DNA of 64,000 bases from Bacillota bacterium (GTDB lineage Bacteria > Bacillota_I > Bacilli_A > RF39 > UBA660), in NCBI GenBank assembly GCA_003524085.1, contig DOEC01000006.1:1146-65145 (forward strand), in the 5' to 3' direction. Below the pieces are notes generated by a model. That model worked only from the letters and a program-made list of their open reading frames with translations, was not told the origin of the DNA and ran no database searches. Shown here one piece after another: positions 18,581 through 27,926 of this stretch (the stretch's first letter is position 1; each line of letters starts with the position of its first letter). The position numbers were made by a program, and so were the translations under genes.

Positions 18581-18609
18581 AGTATACCAGTAAAACTTAA
18601 GTTTTTCAA
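18581..18609 (-). promoter_or_regulatory. Candidate arcA promoter
   Basis: On the minus strand: TTGAAA (18604-18609), 17 nt, TATACT (18581-18586). Confidence 0.45.
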
Positions 18610-18908
18610 CTAAAAAAACATATAAACTATTATTAATTTATATATTTTAATTTTAAATTATTTATTATATTAATGCACTCTGTAAGTTGACAAGAAGTTT
18701 TCTTTTTTCTTACAAAACGCAAGAAAGAAAGACGTCTATCTGTTAGTATTAAGATAAATGTTAACAAATAACCAAAGATTGGCGTCTAATCACTAAACGT
18801 TCCTTACGTTTATATTGTATACTATTTTTTGTTTTATGCAAGTATTTTTACTATTATGTTAATTATTTCATCTTTCATTGCATTGTAATTTAAATCATGA
18901 TGTTTATG

Positions 18909-19430
18909 TTATACTACTACATAACAATAATTATCTACTAGTCCAATAATTATATGCACTTGTTCATTAATATGATATTCATTAAATCCATTATTTAAAA
19001 GTATTGTACTTATTTTTTCAGTTATCAATTGTTCTCTACTTTTAAATATATCACTTATTTCTGGGTCTAAGTGACTCATTGCCATTAATTCTTCGTGAGC
19101 TTCTTTTTTTATATTGTGTACACTAATAAACTTTTCTATTATTTTACTTAGTAGTAAATTAATACTAGTTTTATCAATTATTACATTGTCTATTATATCT
19201 ATCATTGGAAACATTATTTTATCAGTATAATCTTTTACTCCATGAATAAATATTTCTCTTTTATCTTTAAAATACTGATATATTATTCCAGTAGAAAAAC
19301 GTGCATATTTCGCAATATCAACACATGTTACATTATGGTAAGCTTTTTAACACATTAATAAAAAACCTTTTTCAATAATTGTTTTTTTCTTTTTTATTTA
19401 AGTCTTTTTTATAGGTTCATGTACATTCAT
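18909..19430 (-). pseudogene. TetR-family regulator interrupted by two in-frame TAA codons
   Basis: A single frame from ATG 19428-19430 reads MNVHEPIKKT*IKKKKTIIEKGFLLMC*KAYHNVTCVDIAKYARFSTGIIYQYFKDKREIF...MFPMID..., joining track ORF 18909..19214. The stops lie at 19398-19400 and 19347-19349. Confidence 0.7.
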
Positions 19431-19440
19431 ATGAACCTCC

Positions 19441-20370
19441 TTATATTTTAGTATAGCATTTGGTTTTCAAAAAACTTTTAATTTCTTTTATATTTTTACT
19501 TTCATAATAATTAATTAAAAGAAGTTTAAATTCATCAGTTAATTCTGAAGGTATACTAATTATTCCTAAACCATTTTTAATAAGATAATGATTAGCAAAT
19601 ATAACTGCAGTTCTTTTGTTACCATCTACATATATTTGTTTTTTCATCGTATATAAAAGTAGTTCTATTGCTTTGTCAACTTTATTATTTTTTTTATTTA
19701 TAATTTTGTTAAGTTCGTCTTTAACATCACTTTCAATGGGTATACCAGGCATCCAAGAAGTTCCACCTATTTTAACTGGAACGCTTCTTATTTTGCCAGC
19801 TGTGCTATAAAATCCTTCTATACATAGTTTATTAATTTCACAAAGTAAATTATAGTCTGTTGGTGAAAGTAATACTCCTTCACTTAGAACAAATTCCCAT
19901 GCATGTTTTAAATCAAGAACTTTTAAAACGTCAGTAGAAGATATTCCACTTACTTCCCCACCTTCAATTATTGTTTCAGTAAGAGCAAAAGTTGTTGATA
20001 TTCCTTCTAAGACTGCTTGTTTGTAAATTGTATCAACTAAATTTCTTTTTGCAAAGTCAACATTTAATTTAACTTTATCGCTAAGAACAAAATTATCTAC
20101 ATTTTCTTCTTTTAAAATATTATTTAATCTTTTTATCTCTTTTTTTAATTCTTTAACTTTTATATTATTATTTAGTATTAGGTTATATAATTCATCACTA
20201 TATTCTCCTACATATCTACTTATTAGTTTTCCATTATCTCTATAGTGAACATAAATATATTTATTACATTCCTTATCTCTAACTTCAATTGAGCCATGTA
20301 TAATAGAAGAAACTTGAGTTTCTAATCTTTTTTTATCATCTAACATACCAATTAATTCAACATTTTTCAT
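19441..20370 (-). CDS. Fic/Doc-family protein with a variant active-site motif
   Basis: 309 aa. The Doc-like motif reads QIYVDGNKRTAVIFANHYL, so the position of the conserved His in HxFx(D/N)(A/G)NKR is Gln. Confidence 0.65.
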   Translation of the reverse strand: MKNVELIGMLDDKKRLETQVSSIIHGSIEVRDKECNKYIYVHYRDNGKLISRYVGEYSDELYNLILNNNIKVKELKKEIKRLNNILKEENVDNFVLSDKVKLNVDFAKRNLVDTIYKQAVLEGISTTFALTETIIEGGEVSGISSTDVLKVLDLKHAWEFVLSEGVLLSPTDYNLLCEINKLCIEGFYSTAGKIRSVPVKIGGTSWMPGIPIESDVKDELNKIINKKNNKVDKAIELLLYTMKKQIYVDGNKRTAVIFANHYLIKNGLGIISIPSELTDEFKLLLINYYESKNIKEIKSFLKTKCYTKI

Positions 20371-20405
20371 ACTATATCTCCTTTATATACATTATAACAC
20401 ACCTT

Positions 20406-20456
20406 TAAAAAAATGTGAAACATTTTAAGTGTTTTTTCACTGATTTTGTTTCACAT
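20406..20456 (-). terminator. Terminator after the epimerase gene
   Basis: Arms ATGTGAAAC (20413-20421) / GTTTCACAT (20448-20456) with an inner AGTG/CACT pairing. A T7 run follows on the minus strand. Confidence 0.5.
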
Positions 20457-20469
20457 TTTGTTATACTAA

Positions 20470-21480
20470 TTATTTATTACTTTTTATTTCATTAACTAAG
20501 TCTTTAATTGTATATTTAATACTTCTTGTTTGATAATCTAAATCTTTTTTTGCTTTAGCATTTGTAAAGTTAGAATTAGCATTTAATGTATACAATGAAT
20601 ACCTAGTAAATAATGGTGTTGTTTTTCTAAGTCTATAATATAATTCAAATAAAAACGCAATATTTTTAACCATGTTTATTGAAATAACTTTTTTTATTGG
20701 TTTAGCTTTTCCATACTCACAAACCAAATCAGCTATTTTTTTAATAGTTACATATTCACCTGATAAAATATATCCTTCTCCTTTTTTACCTTTAGTACAA
20801 GCATTAATAACACCTCTAGCAACATCTCTTACATCAACAAAGTCATACCCACCCTCAGTTAATAAAGGAACTTTTTCATTTAAGATTTTTTTTATTAAAA
20901 CTGTCATATTAGTATTGGTAAAATCATTTACCCCTAATAAACCTGAGGGGAAAACAACACAAGCATTTAAATTATTGTTTTTAACTTCATTAAATACATA
21001 CCTAGTTGTTTCAGCTTTAGTCTTTGCATATAAACCAACAATTTTATTTGGATCAAAACTTGCATTTTCATCCATTACTTCATGATTTAATTTTTCTTCT
21101 ATTGCATGTACACTACTAACATAGATTAGTTTAGCATTTATTTCTTTGGCTTTTTTTATAATGTTTTTAGTACCTTCAACATTAACTTGATATACTCTTT
21201 CGTTATATTTACTATCAAGGTATACTATTGAAGCACAATGAATAACATAAATATTTGTTTTTTCTTTAACACTTTCATCAATATTAAATATATCCTTTAA
21301 TGTTTCTATCTTTGTTACATCACCAAGGAATTTTTCGCATTTAAGCCCTTTAAGAGCATCTATTTTATCGTTAGGCAAAACTAATGCTCTTATTTCATTT
21401 TCATTATTTTTTTCTAGTAACCTTACAATATTATTTCCAAGAAAGCCATTAGCGCCTGTTATTATATAAATATTTTTCAT
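20470..21480 (-). CDS. NAD-dependent epimerase/dehydratase (SDR, dihydroflavonol-reductase-like)
   Basis: 336 aa with the N-terminal ITGANGFLGNNIV Rossmann motif and YAKTK (YxxxK). Confidence 0.8.
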   Translation of the reverse strand: MKNIYIITGANGFLGNNIVRLLEKNNENEIRALVLPNDKIDALKGLKCEKFLGDVTKIETLKDIFNIDESVKEKTNIYVIHCASIVYLDSKYNERVYQVNVEGTKNIIKKAKEINAKLIYVSSVHAIEEKLNHEVMDENASFDPNKIVGLYAKTKAETTRYVFNEVKNNNLNACVVFPSGLLGVNDFTNTNMTVLIKKILNEKVPLLTEGGYDFVDVRDVARGVINACTKGKKGEGYILSGEYVTIKKIADLVCEYGKAKPIKKVISINMVKNIAFLFELYYRLRKTTPLFTRYSLYTLNANSNFTNAKAKKDLDYQTRSIKYTIKDLVNEIKSNK

Positions 21481-21641
21481 ATATTACACCACCATTTCCT
21501 TATAAATTTTTCTAGAAATACCACCCCATCATAGTGTTCTTGTTCAAATATTAGTAATATATTTGAAATCTATTATTTAAATTCTTAGTAGACCTTTATA
21601 ACCAATTTAATATACAATATTTATTATTACACGTATTTTAT

Positions 21642-22364
21642 TTACCTTTTATGACTTTTCATAAAATCTTTTATTCTTTTATTTTTAGTTGTTTTTAATT
21701 CTTCACTTGTTCCATTAAATATAATATTACCATTTTCTAAAAACAATACTCTCGTTGATACTTCAGTTACAAATCTCATTTCATGACTTACTATAATAAG
21801 AGTCATTTTTTTATTTGCAAGTTCTTTTATTAAATCAAGTACCTCTTTTACCATTTCCGGATCAAGCGCACTAGTGGGTTCATCAAACAAGATTACTTCA
21901 GGTTTCATAATTAATGCTCTTACTATTGCTACTCTTTGTTTTTGACCACCTGAAAGTTCAGATGGATACGCATCTTTCTTATCAAGTAAACCAACACTTT
22001 CTAAAAGTTTTAATGCTTCACTAGTAGATTTTCCTTTACTCATAATTTTTAAATTTATAGGTGCTAAAGTAATGTTTTCTAATACTGTTAAATGTGGAAA
22101 CAAGTTAAAACTTTGAAATACCATACCCATTTTTTCTCTTACATGACTTACATTAATATTGTTTTTAGTTATATCCACTTTATGAAAAAGTATTGTTCCA
22201 TCATCAGGCTTTTCTAATAAATTTAAACATCTTAAAAGTGTTGATTTACCACATCCACTTGGACCAATTATACTTATAACATCTCCCTTTTTAACATCAA
22301 AAGAGACACCTTTTAGTACTTCTAAAGAACCAAAGCTTTTCTTCAAATTCTTAATTTTTAGCAT
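21642..22364 (-). CDS. Amino-acid ABC transporter ATP-binding protein
   Basis: 240 aa. Walker A GPSGCGKST, signature LSGGQKQR, Walker B ILFDEPTSALD. Confidence 0.9.
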   Translation of the reverse strand: MLKIKNLKKSFGSLEVLKGVSFDVKKGDVISIIGPSGCGKSTLLRCLNLLEKPDDGTILFHKVDITKNNINVSHVREKMGMVFQSFNLFPHLTVLENITLAPINLKIMSKGKSTSEALKLLESVGLLDKKDAYPSELSGGQKQRVAIVRALIMKPEVILFDEPTSALDPEMVKEVLDLIKELANKKMTLIIVSHEMRFVTEVSTRVLFLENGNIIFNGTSEELKTTKNKRIKDFMKSHKR

Positions 22365-23031
22365 TGTTTAGTCTCCTTTCCATTAGGTTTACTAATTTAG
22401 AAAGACCTAAAGTCATTATTAAATATATTATTGCTACAATTATAAGTGGGAAAAAGTAGTCATATGTTCTAGAAGAAATTATGTCCGAAGCTTTTGTTAG
22501 TTCTAAAATTCCAATATATGCTCCTACTGATGTTTCTTTTAAAAGTGTTATAAACTCATTACCTAATGCTGGAAGTATATTTTTTATAGCTTGTGGCAAG
22601 ATTATTAACTTCATAGTCTTATGATAGTTTAATCCTAAACTTAAACCTGCTTCTAATTGTCCGTTGTCTATGCTATTAATTCCAGAACGGATTATTTCAC
22701 TTACATAAGCACCCGAATTTATTCCAAAAGCTATTATCCCAACTAATGTTATATTAATGTTTACACTTTTAAATATTACATAATAGATTATCATTAACTG
22801 AAGTATTACTGGAGTTCCCCTTATTACATTAACATAAATTTCACATATTTTATTTAATATTTTTCCTTTTTTATTTACTTCATAATTATTTCTTATTAAT
22901 GAGACTAACGTTCCAATTATTATACCTATTATAACAGCAAAAAAAGCAATTATAACTGTAGTTGTTAATCCACTCAAAATATATTTATATCTATCATCTA
23001 CAATTAATGTTTTATATAAACTATCTTTCAC
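22351..23031 (-). CDS. Amino-acid ABC transporter permease
   Basis: 226 aa polytopic protein of the HisM/GlnP type, overlapping the ATPase gene. Confidence 0.85.
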   Translation of the reverse strand: MKDSLYKTLIVDDRYKYILSGLTTTVIIAFFAVIIGIIIGTLVSLIRNNYEVNKKGKILNKICEIYVNVIRGTPVILQLMIIYYVIFKSVNINITLVGIIAFGINSGAYVSEIIRSGINSIDNGQLEAGLSLGLNYHKTMKLIILPQAIKNILPALGNEFITLLKETSVGAYIGILELTKASDIISSRTYDYFFPLIIVAIIYLIMTLGLSKLVNLMERRLNNAKN

Positions 23032-23044
23032 TCTTTACTCCTTT

Positions 23045-23761
23045 TTATTTTGTATGATTAATTATATATTCTTCTATTTTCCCACTACTTTTTAACTCTT
23101 CTAAACACTCATTAATACTATTAAGTAATTCAGTATTTCCTTTTCTAACTATCATTCCATAAGAGTCAGTTACTAAGTAACCTGGTAATATTTTAAGTTC
23201 TGTATTTTCTTTTACAATTTCTTTAGCTGGTAACTCATCCATAACTAGTACAGTAACTTTTCCTCTTTTTAAGTCCTCTACTGCACTTAAATATTTCTTT
23301 TGTCTTACTATTTCAGTATCTTTAAAGTTTTTTGTTACATAAGAGTCAGCAATTGTACCTAGTTGTACTGCAATTTTTTCTTTTGAAATATTGTTTATAC
23401 TTTCTATATTGCTATCAGTTTTCACTAATACAACCTGTTTAGATGTAACATAATTTATGCTAAAGTCTACTTCTTCGTCTCTTTCAGGAGTATAACTAAT
23501 TCCTGCTGCAGCAAAGTCTGCCTTTTTAGTTTTCACTTCATTTATAAGTGAGTCAAAAGCCACATCCTTAATTACTAATTTCTTGTTTAATTTTTCAGCA
23601 ATATATTTAGCTATGTCAACATCTACTCCTACAATTTCCCCGTTTTCATAATATTCATAAGGAGCAAAACCTGCTTCTGTAACCATTACTAATTCATCAC
23701 TATTTTTAGTACATCCACATAGAATAAAAGTTATAACAATTAACACAAAAATTTTTTTCAT
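23045..23761 (-). CDS. Amino-acid ABC transporter substrate-binding lipoprotein
   Basis: 238 aa with lipobox ILCGCT. It has the family 3 SBP pattern (APYEY, GVDVDIAKYIA). Confidence 0.85.
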   Translation of the reverse strand: MKKIFVLIVITFILCGCTKNSDELVMVTEAGFAPYEYYENGEIVGVDVDIAKYIAEKLNKKLVIKDVAFDSLINEVKTKKADFAAAGISYTPERDEEVDFSINYVTSKQVVLVKTDSNIESINNISKEKIAVQLGTIADSYVTKNFKDTEIVRQKKYLSAVEDLKRGKVTVLVMDELPAKEIVKENTELKILPGYLVTDSYGMIVRKGNTELLNSINECLEELKSSGKIEEYIINHTK

Positions 23762-23813
23762 AATATACCTACTTTCTTAATAATAAATATACCACAAATT
23801 AGTTTCTTTTACA

Positions 23814-23842
23814 ATAAAAAAAGTTAGACTTAACACTAACTT
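23814..23842 (-). terminator. Terminator overlapping the miaB stop codon
   Basis: On the minus strand: AAGTTAG, 8-nt loop, CTAACTT, then a T7 run. Confidence 0.6.
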
Positions 23843-25248
23843 TCTATATATTTTCCATTTAAGCTAAAACTATGAGCTTCAGTAATTATAACATCTACTA
23901 TTTGTCCGATTAAATCTTTATCACTTTCAATATTAACTAGCTTCATATTTTCAGTATATCCCATGTATTTTTTAGGATCTTTTTCGCTTGGAGAAACAAC
24001 TAGGCATTTAACAACTTTATCTACCATTTTTAAGTTACTCTCTAGGCTATATTTATTTACTAGTTCATTTAATTTGTATAGTCTACTTTCTTTTTCTTCT
24101 TTTGGAGTATCATCAGGTAGTTTCATAGCTGGTGTACCCACTCTTGGACTAAATATAAATGTGAAAGCTCCATCAAATTTGCAAGTGTTTACTACGTCAA
24201 GTGTCTCATTAAAATCACTTTCTGTTTCGCCTGGAAATCCAACTATTATATCAGTTGTTATACTTACACCTTTTACTTTAGTTCTTATTTTGTTATATAA
24301 AGTAAGATACTCTTCTTTTGTATACTTTCTTCCCATAAGTTTTAATATTCTATCGCTTCCACTTTGAATTGGTAAGTGCACGTATGGCATAACGTTATCA
24401 TATTTACTTATCACATCTATCATTTCATCAGTAAAGTCCCAAGGATGTGACGTAACAAACCTAATTCTCTCAATATTAGTTTTTGCTACATCTATAAGCA
24501 AGTTTGCTAAAGTATAGTCTTCATACAAGTCTTTTCCATAAGCGTTTACGTTTTGTCCAAGAAGAGTTACTTCTTTGTAGCCTTCACTTTTAAGTTTTTT
24601 TATTTCTTTAATGATGCTTTCCTTTTTTCTACTTCTTTGAGTACCTCTAGTGTAAGGGACTATACAGTATGTACAGAATTTATCACAACCTAATTGTATA
24701 TCTACCCATGCAGAATACTTGCTTTCTCTTTTTTCAGGTATTCCCTCACATATATTACCTTCTATACTATATACTTCTACGTTTTGTTTACCAGTTTTTA
24801 TAGAGTTATTTATTACATTAACCATATTATCTAAGTTGTGTGTTCCAAATACAAAGTCTACATATTTATATTTAGACATAATTTCATTTACTACACTTTC
24901 TTCTTGAGCCATACATCCACATATTCCAAGTAGTATATCATGATTTTCTTTTAATTTTTTAACTAGACCTAGAAAACCAAAGACTTTGTCATGGGCATTT
25001 TCTCTAATAGCACAGGTGTTTAAAATAACTATGCTTGCTTCTTCAATATTGTCAGTTTCAACCATTCCATTTTGTGATAATACTCCTTTTACTCTTTCTC
25101 CATCGTGGACGTTCATTTGACATCCATAAGTTCTTACATAGTATTTTTTCCCTATTAAACTTTCATCTAAACTTACATCTTTATATTCATAATTTATTGG
25201 TTTACTATTGTTTCTTTTTTTTGCTTCTAACATATTAGGTACTTGCAT
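23836..25248 (-). CDS. miaB: tRNA-2-methylthio-N6-dimethylallyladenosine synthase MiaB
   Basis: Track ORF 23836..25266, with the start moved to MQVPNM after a GAAAGGAAG RBS. It has the UPF0004 N-domain (YYVRTYGCQMN), radical SAM CDKFCTYC and a TRAM C-terminus. Confidence 0.9.
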   Translation of the reverse strand: MQVPNMLEAKKRNNSKPINYEYKDVSLDESLIGKKYYVRTYGCQMNVHDGERVKGVLSQNGMVETDNIEEASIVILNTCAIRENAHDKVFGFLGLVKKLKENHDILLGICGCMAQEESVVNEIMSKYKYVDFVFGTHNLDNMVNVINNSIKTGKQNVEVYSIEGNICEGIPEKRESKYSAWVDIQLGCDKFCTYCIVPYTRGTQRSRKKESIIKEIKKLKSEGYKEVTLLGQNVNAYGKDLYEDYTLANLLIDVAKTNIERIRFVTSHPWDFTDEMIDVISKYDNVMPYVHLPIQSGSDRILKLMGRKYTKEEYLTLYNKIRTKVKGVSITTDIIVGFPGETESDFNETLDVVNTCKFDGAFTFIFSPRVGTPAMKLPDDTPKEEKESRLYKLNELVNKYSLESNLKMVDKVVKCLVVSPSEKDPKKYMGYTENMKLVNIESDKDLIGQIVDVIITEAHSFSLNGKYIES

Positions 25249-25275
25249 AAATTCACTTCCTTTCAAGTAGTTACA

Positions 25276-25304
25276 AATATATCACTAAATGTGGTTATTG
25301 TCAA
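25276..25304 (-). promoter_or_regulatory. miaB promoter
   Basis: On the minus strand: TTGACA (25299-25304), 17 nt, TATATT (25276-25281). Confidence 0.55.
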
Positions 25305-25469
25305 TTATTTTAGGTGTTTTATAAGTTACAAAATTAAGTGAATTCATTGGAAAACCTTTAACAAAACTAAAGGCAGCTAAATCTTTGATTTCTGTCAAAA
25401 AGGTGTGACAGTTTCGCACTTTTTTGAAAACATCTTATATGAGCCATTTAAATTTCCAACCACTGGTTG

Positions 25470-25997
25470 GAATTTTTTTGAAATTTGTTAGATGGTATTA
25501 TTATAGTACTAGGTACCATTTCTTTTGCTTGAGTTTCTGTTTTTTTCTTTTAATTTGATTTCTTGTTTTCAAAGATAATTTATCGTATTCATTAATTTTT
25601 ATTTTTTTCTCTAAGTGCACGCTCACTTAAATTACCTCGTTTAAGTTATATTAATGTAATACTTGATTTCTCCTAAGTTTTTTAAAGGTAAAAGTAATTT
25701 ATAATGTGACCAAGTCAATTGGTCATCCAATGGATGACCTTTTTCAATAAAATTATGGAATAATCTCATGTATTTAAGATTTGTAATCCCGTAATTTGTA
25801 CCAAATTCTTTTGTTAATTCTTTTGCATACTTTTTAACTATACCTTCGCCGTAGTGTTTACCAGCTTCTGCTAATTCCTTTCCAATATTATAATTCATTG
25901 TTAGTTTTACATTGTTTATCTGATAATTCTTAACTATTAATTTAGCATTACCATTTATTATTTCACTCCTTATATTCTCTAAATAATTTTCTTCCAT
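25470..25997 (-). pseudogene. Fourth DUF1016 paralog, truncated and disrupted (no nuclease domain)
   Basis: Track ORF 25641..25997 (MEENYLENIRSEIINGNAKL...YYINIT) stops at ~118 aa. Homology continues out of frame (KINEYDKLSLKTRNQI...VPSTIIIPSNKF) to ~25475 and ends at a hairpin, TTCCAACC-ACT-GGTTGGAA. Confidence 0.7.
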
Positions 25998-26226
25998 GAT
26001 TACATCCTTTCACCATTACAATTGCGTCTGTTTTAAATCTAGTGACAAAAATATTTTGTTTTAATATTCACGTATGTTTTCAAAATTAGTTTTCTCATAT
26101 TTTAAATATGAAATATAAACTTAGATAAATTCTTAATAAGAAATCTACTAGTTATCTTAAAAAATAATCTCATAATTTACTCTCCTTTCTAGGAAAGGCT
26201 TTTTAACCCTCCTAATATATTTATTC

Positions 26227-26269
26227 GACAAAAAACGTGAAAAGCCTTTTTTTATTTTAACTTTACGCG
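26227..26269 (-). promoter_or_regulatory. Second copy of the DUF1016 leader hairpin plus U-tract
   Basis: On the minus strand: CGCGTAAAGTT, loop, GGCTTTTCACG, TTTTTTG. It lies within an ~95-nt block (26208-26303) that is about 85-90 percent identical by eye to 13703-13800. Confidence 0.5.
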
Positions 26270-26323
26270 AAATTTAACGTGAAATTTTACACAAAAATGT
26301 AAAATTTACTAGTGTTTTTATCA

Positions 26324-26342
26324 TTGTCACTTAGTTGTCACT
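26324..26342 (+). promoter_or_regulatory. Two TTGTCACT direct repeats with 11-bp phasing upstream of the dlt-like operon promoter
   Basis: TTGTCACT occurs at 26324-26331 and 26335-26342, about 30 nt upstream of the -35 box. Confidence 0.4.
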
Positions 26343-26371
26343 TTATATGTGATAAAATGACATAAATTTAG

Positions 26372-26400
26372 TTGATAAGTAAATTGATTTTTGCTATAAT
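26372..26400 (+). promoter_or_regulatory. Promoter of the dlt-like operon
   Basis: TTGATA (26372-26377), 17 nt, TATAAT (26395-26400). An AAGGAAG RBS precedes ATG 26430. Confidence 0.6.
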
Positions 26401-26429
26401 ATTGATGTTTAAAAAAGGAAGTAAGAAGT

Positions 26430-27926
26430 ATGAAACAAGTATTAGAATATTTAGAAAAAAATGACAAAAATAAAACAGCAGTTATATGTGAAAATGAATC
26501 TATTACATATGAAGAGTTAATTAGTAAATCCAAACTAGTTGGGTCTAACCTTATAAATAAAGTTAAAATTAATGAACCAGTAATAGTTTTTATGGATAAA
26601 GGTATAACTACACTAGAAGTATTTTTTGGTATTTTATATAGTGGTGGGTGTTATAGTTTAGTAAATCCAGAGTTTCCTCAAAATAGAATTAAATCTATTT
26701 TAAATACTCTTGAAGCAAAATGCGTTATTACAAATATAGAAAACTATGAAAAAGCTAAAGAAGTTTTTAATGGAATAAATATAATTAAGTGTGAAGATTT
26801 AGTTAGTGGTAGTATTTTAGAAAGTGAATTAGAAAACATTAGAAGATCTAAACTAGACATAGACCCAGTATATATTAATTTTACAAGTGGTAGTACTGGG
26901 GTACCAAAAGGTGTTGTAGTAAGTAATAGAAGTATAATTGATTTTATTGATGTATTTACTAACCTATTTGATATTAAAGAAAGTGACATAATTGCAAACC
27001 AAGCACCATTTGATTTTGATGTTTCAGTAAAAGACATCTATAGCGCACTTTGTAAAGGTTCTACTTTGTTAATAGTACCAAAGAAATTATTTAGTAGTCC
27101 TGCTAATTTGCTTGATTACTTAGTTATAAACAACGCTACTACACTTATCTGGGCAGTCAGTGCATTATGTTTAATTACTACATTCCACGGCCTAGACTAC
27201 AAAGTTCCAACAAGTGTTAACAAAATAATCTATAGTGGTGAAGTAATGCCTCTTAAACACTTGAAAATATGGATGGATAAATTACCTAATGTAAGAGTAA
27301 TTAACGTATATGGTCCAACTGAAATAACTTGTAATTGTACATATCATGAAGTTGACAGAAGTAGAACTTATGTAGAAAATATTCCTATTGGTAAAAGTTT
27401 TCCTAATGAAAAAGTTTTCTTACTTGATGAAGAAAACAAACTAGTTAATACTCCTAATATTTCTGGAGAAATATGTGTAAGTGGAACTTGTCTTAGTTTA
27501 GGATACTATAATAATAAAGAAGTTACAGATAAAGTATTTATGCAAAACCCACTAAACAATAAATACATTGAACCTATTTATAAAACTGGAGACCTAGCAA
27601 TGTATGATGAAAATATGGACTTGTTTTTTAAAGGAAGAAAAGACTTTCAAATTAAATATATGGGCCACAGAATAGAGCTTGAAGAAATAGACACAGAAGT
27701 ACTTAAGTTAGATGGTGTTAAAAGATGTCTCACATTATTTGATGAAAAGAAAAGTAAACTTTGGTGTTTCTATGTAGGAGAAGTTACTAAAGAGGATATT
27801 ATATCTTTCTTAAAAGTAAATGTTCCAGAATACATGGTGCCTACTAAGTATGTTAAGTTAGAAGAGTTTACTCTTACTAAAAATGGTAAAATAGATAGAA
27901 ATGTATTAAAGGAGATGATTAAATGA
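26430..27926 (+). CDS. DltA-like carrier-protein ligase (stand-alone adenylation enzyme)
   Basis: 498 aa. Motifs are FTSGSTGVPKGV, NQAPFDFDVSV, YGPTE, YKTGD, GRKDFQIKYMGHRIELEEI and NGKIDR. It is collinear with DltA but has YSGEVMP where B. subtilis DltA has FCGEVLP. Confidence 0.85.
   Translation: MKQVLEYLEKNDKNKTAVICENESITYEELISKSKLVGSNLINKVKINEPVIVFMDKGITTLEVFFGILYSGGCYSLVNPEFPQNRIKSILNTLEAKCVITNIENYEKAKEVFNGINIIKCEDLVSGSILESELENIRRSKLDIDPVYINFTSGSTGVPKGVVVSNRSIIDFIDVFTNLFDIKESDIIANQAPFDFDVSVKDIYSALCKGSTLLIVPKKLFSSPANLLDYLVINNATTLIWAVSALCLITTFHGLDYKVPTSVNKIIYSGEVMPLKHLKIWMDKLPNVRVINVYGPTEITCNCTYHEVDRSRTYVENIPIGKSFPNEKVFLLDEENKLVNTPNISGEICVSGTCLSLGYYNNKEVTDKVFMQNPLNNKYIEPIYKTGDLAMYDENMDLFFKGRKDFQIKYMGHRIELEEIDTEVLKLDGVKRCLTLFDEKKSKLWCFYVGEVTKEDIISFLKVNVPEYMVPTKYVKLEEFTLTKNGKIDRNVLKEMIK

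Noticed and set aside
25380-25480. Hairpins CTGTCA-N8-TGACAG and TTCCAACC-ACT-GGTTGGAA with a T7 run, considered as a small RNA gene on the plus strand.
   Set aside because: I could find no convincing promoter. The second hairpin coincides with the truncation point of the DUF1016 pseudogene and can serve as its terminator or a recombination scar. The evidence is insufficient for an ncRNA call.
13703-26303. The 12.5-kb interval bracketed by the two direct copies of the DUF1016 leader, considered as a mobile or genomic island.
   Set aside because: The interval holds core genes (the arc operon, an ABC transporter, miaB) and no integrase, transposase or att-like ends. The repeats are better explained as paralogous promoter-leader regions.
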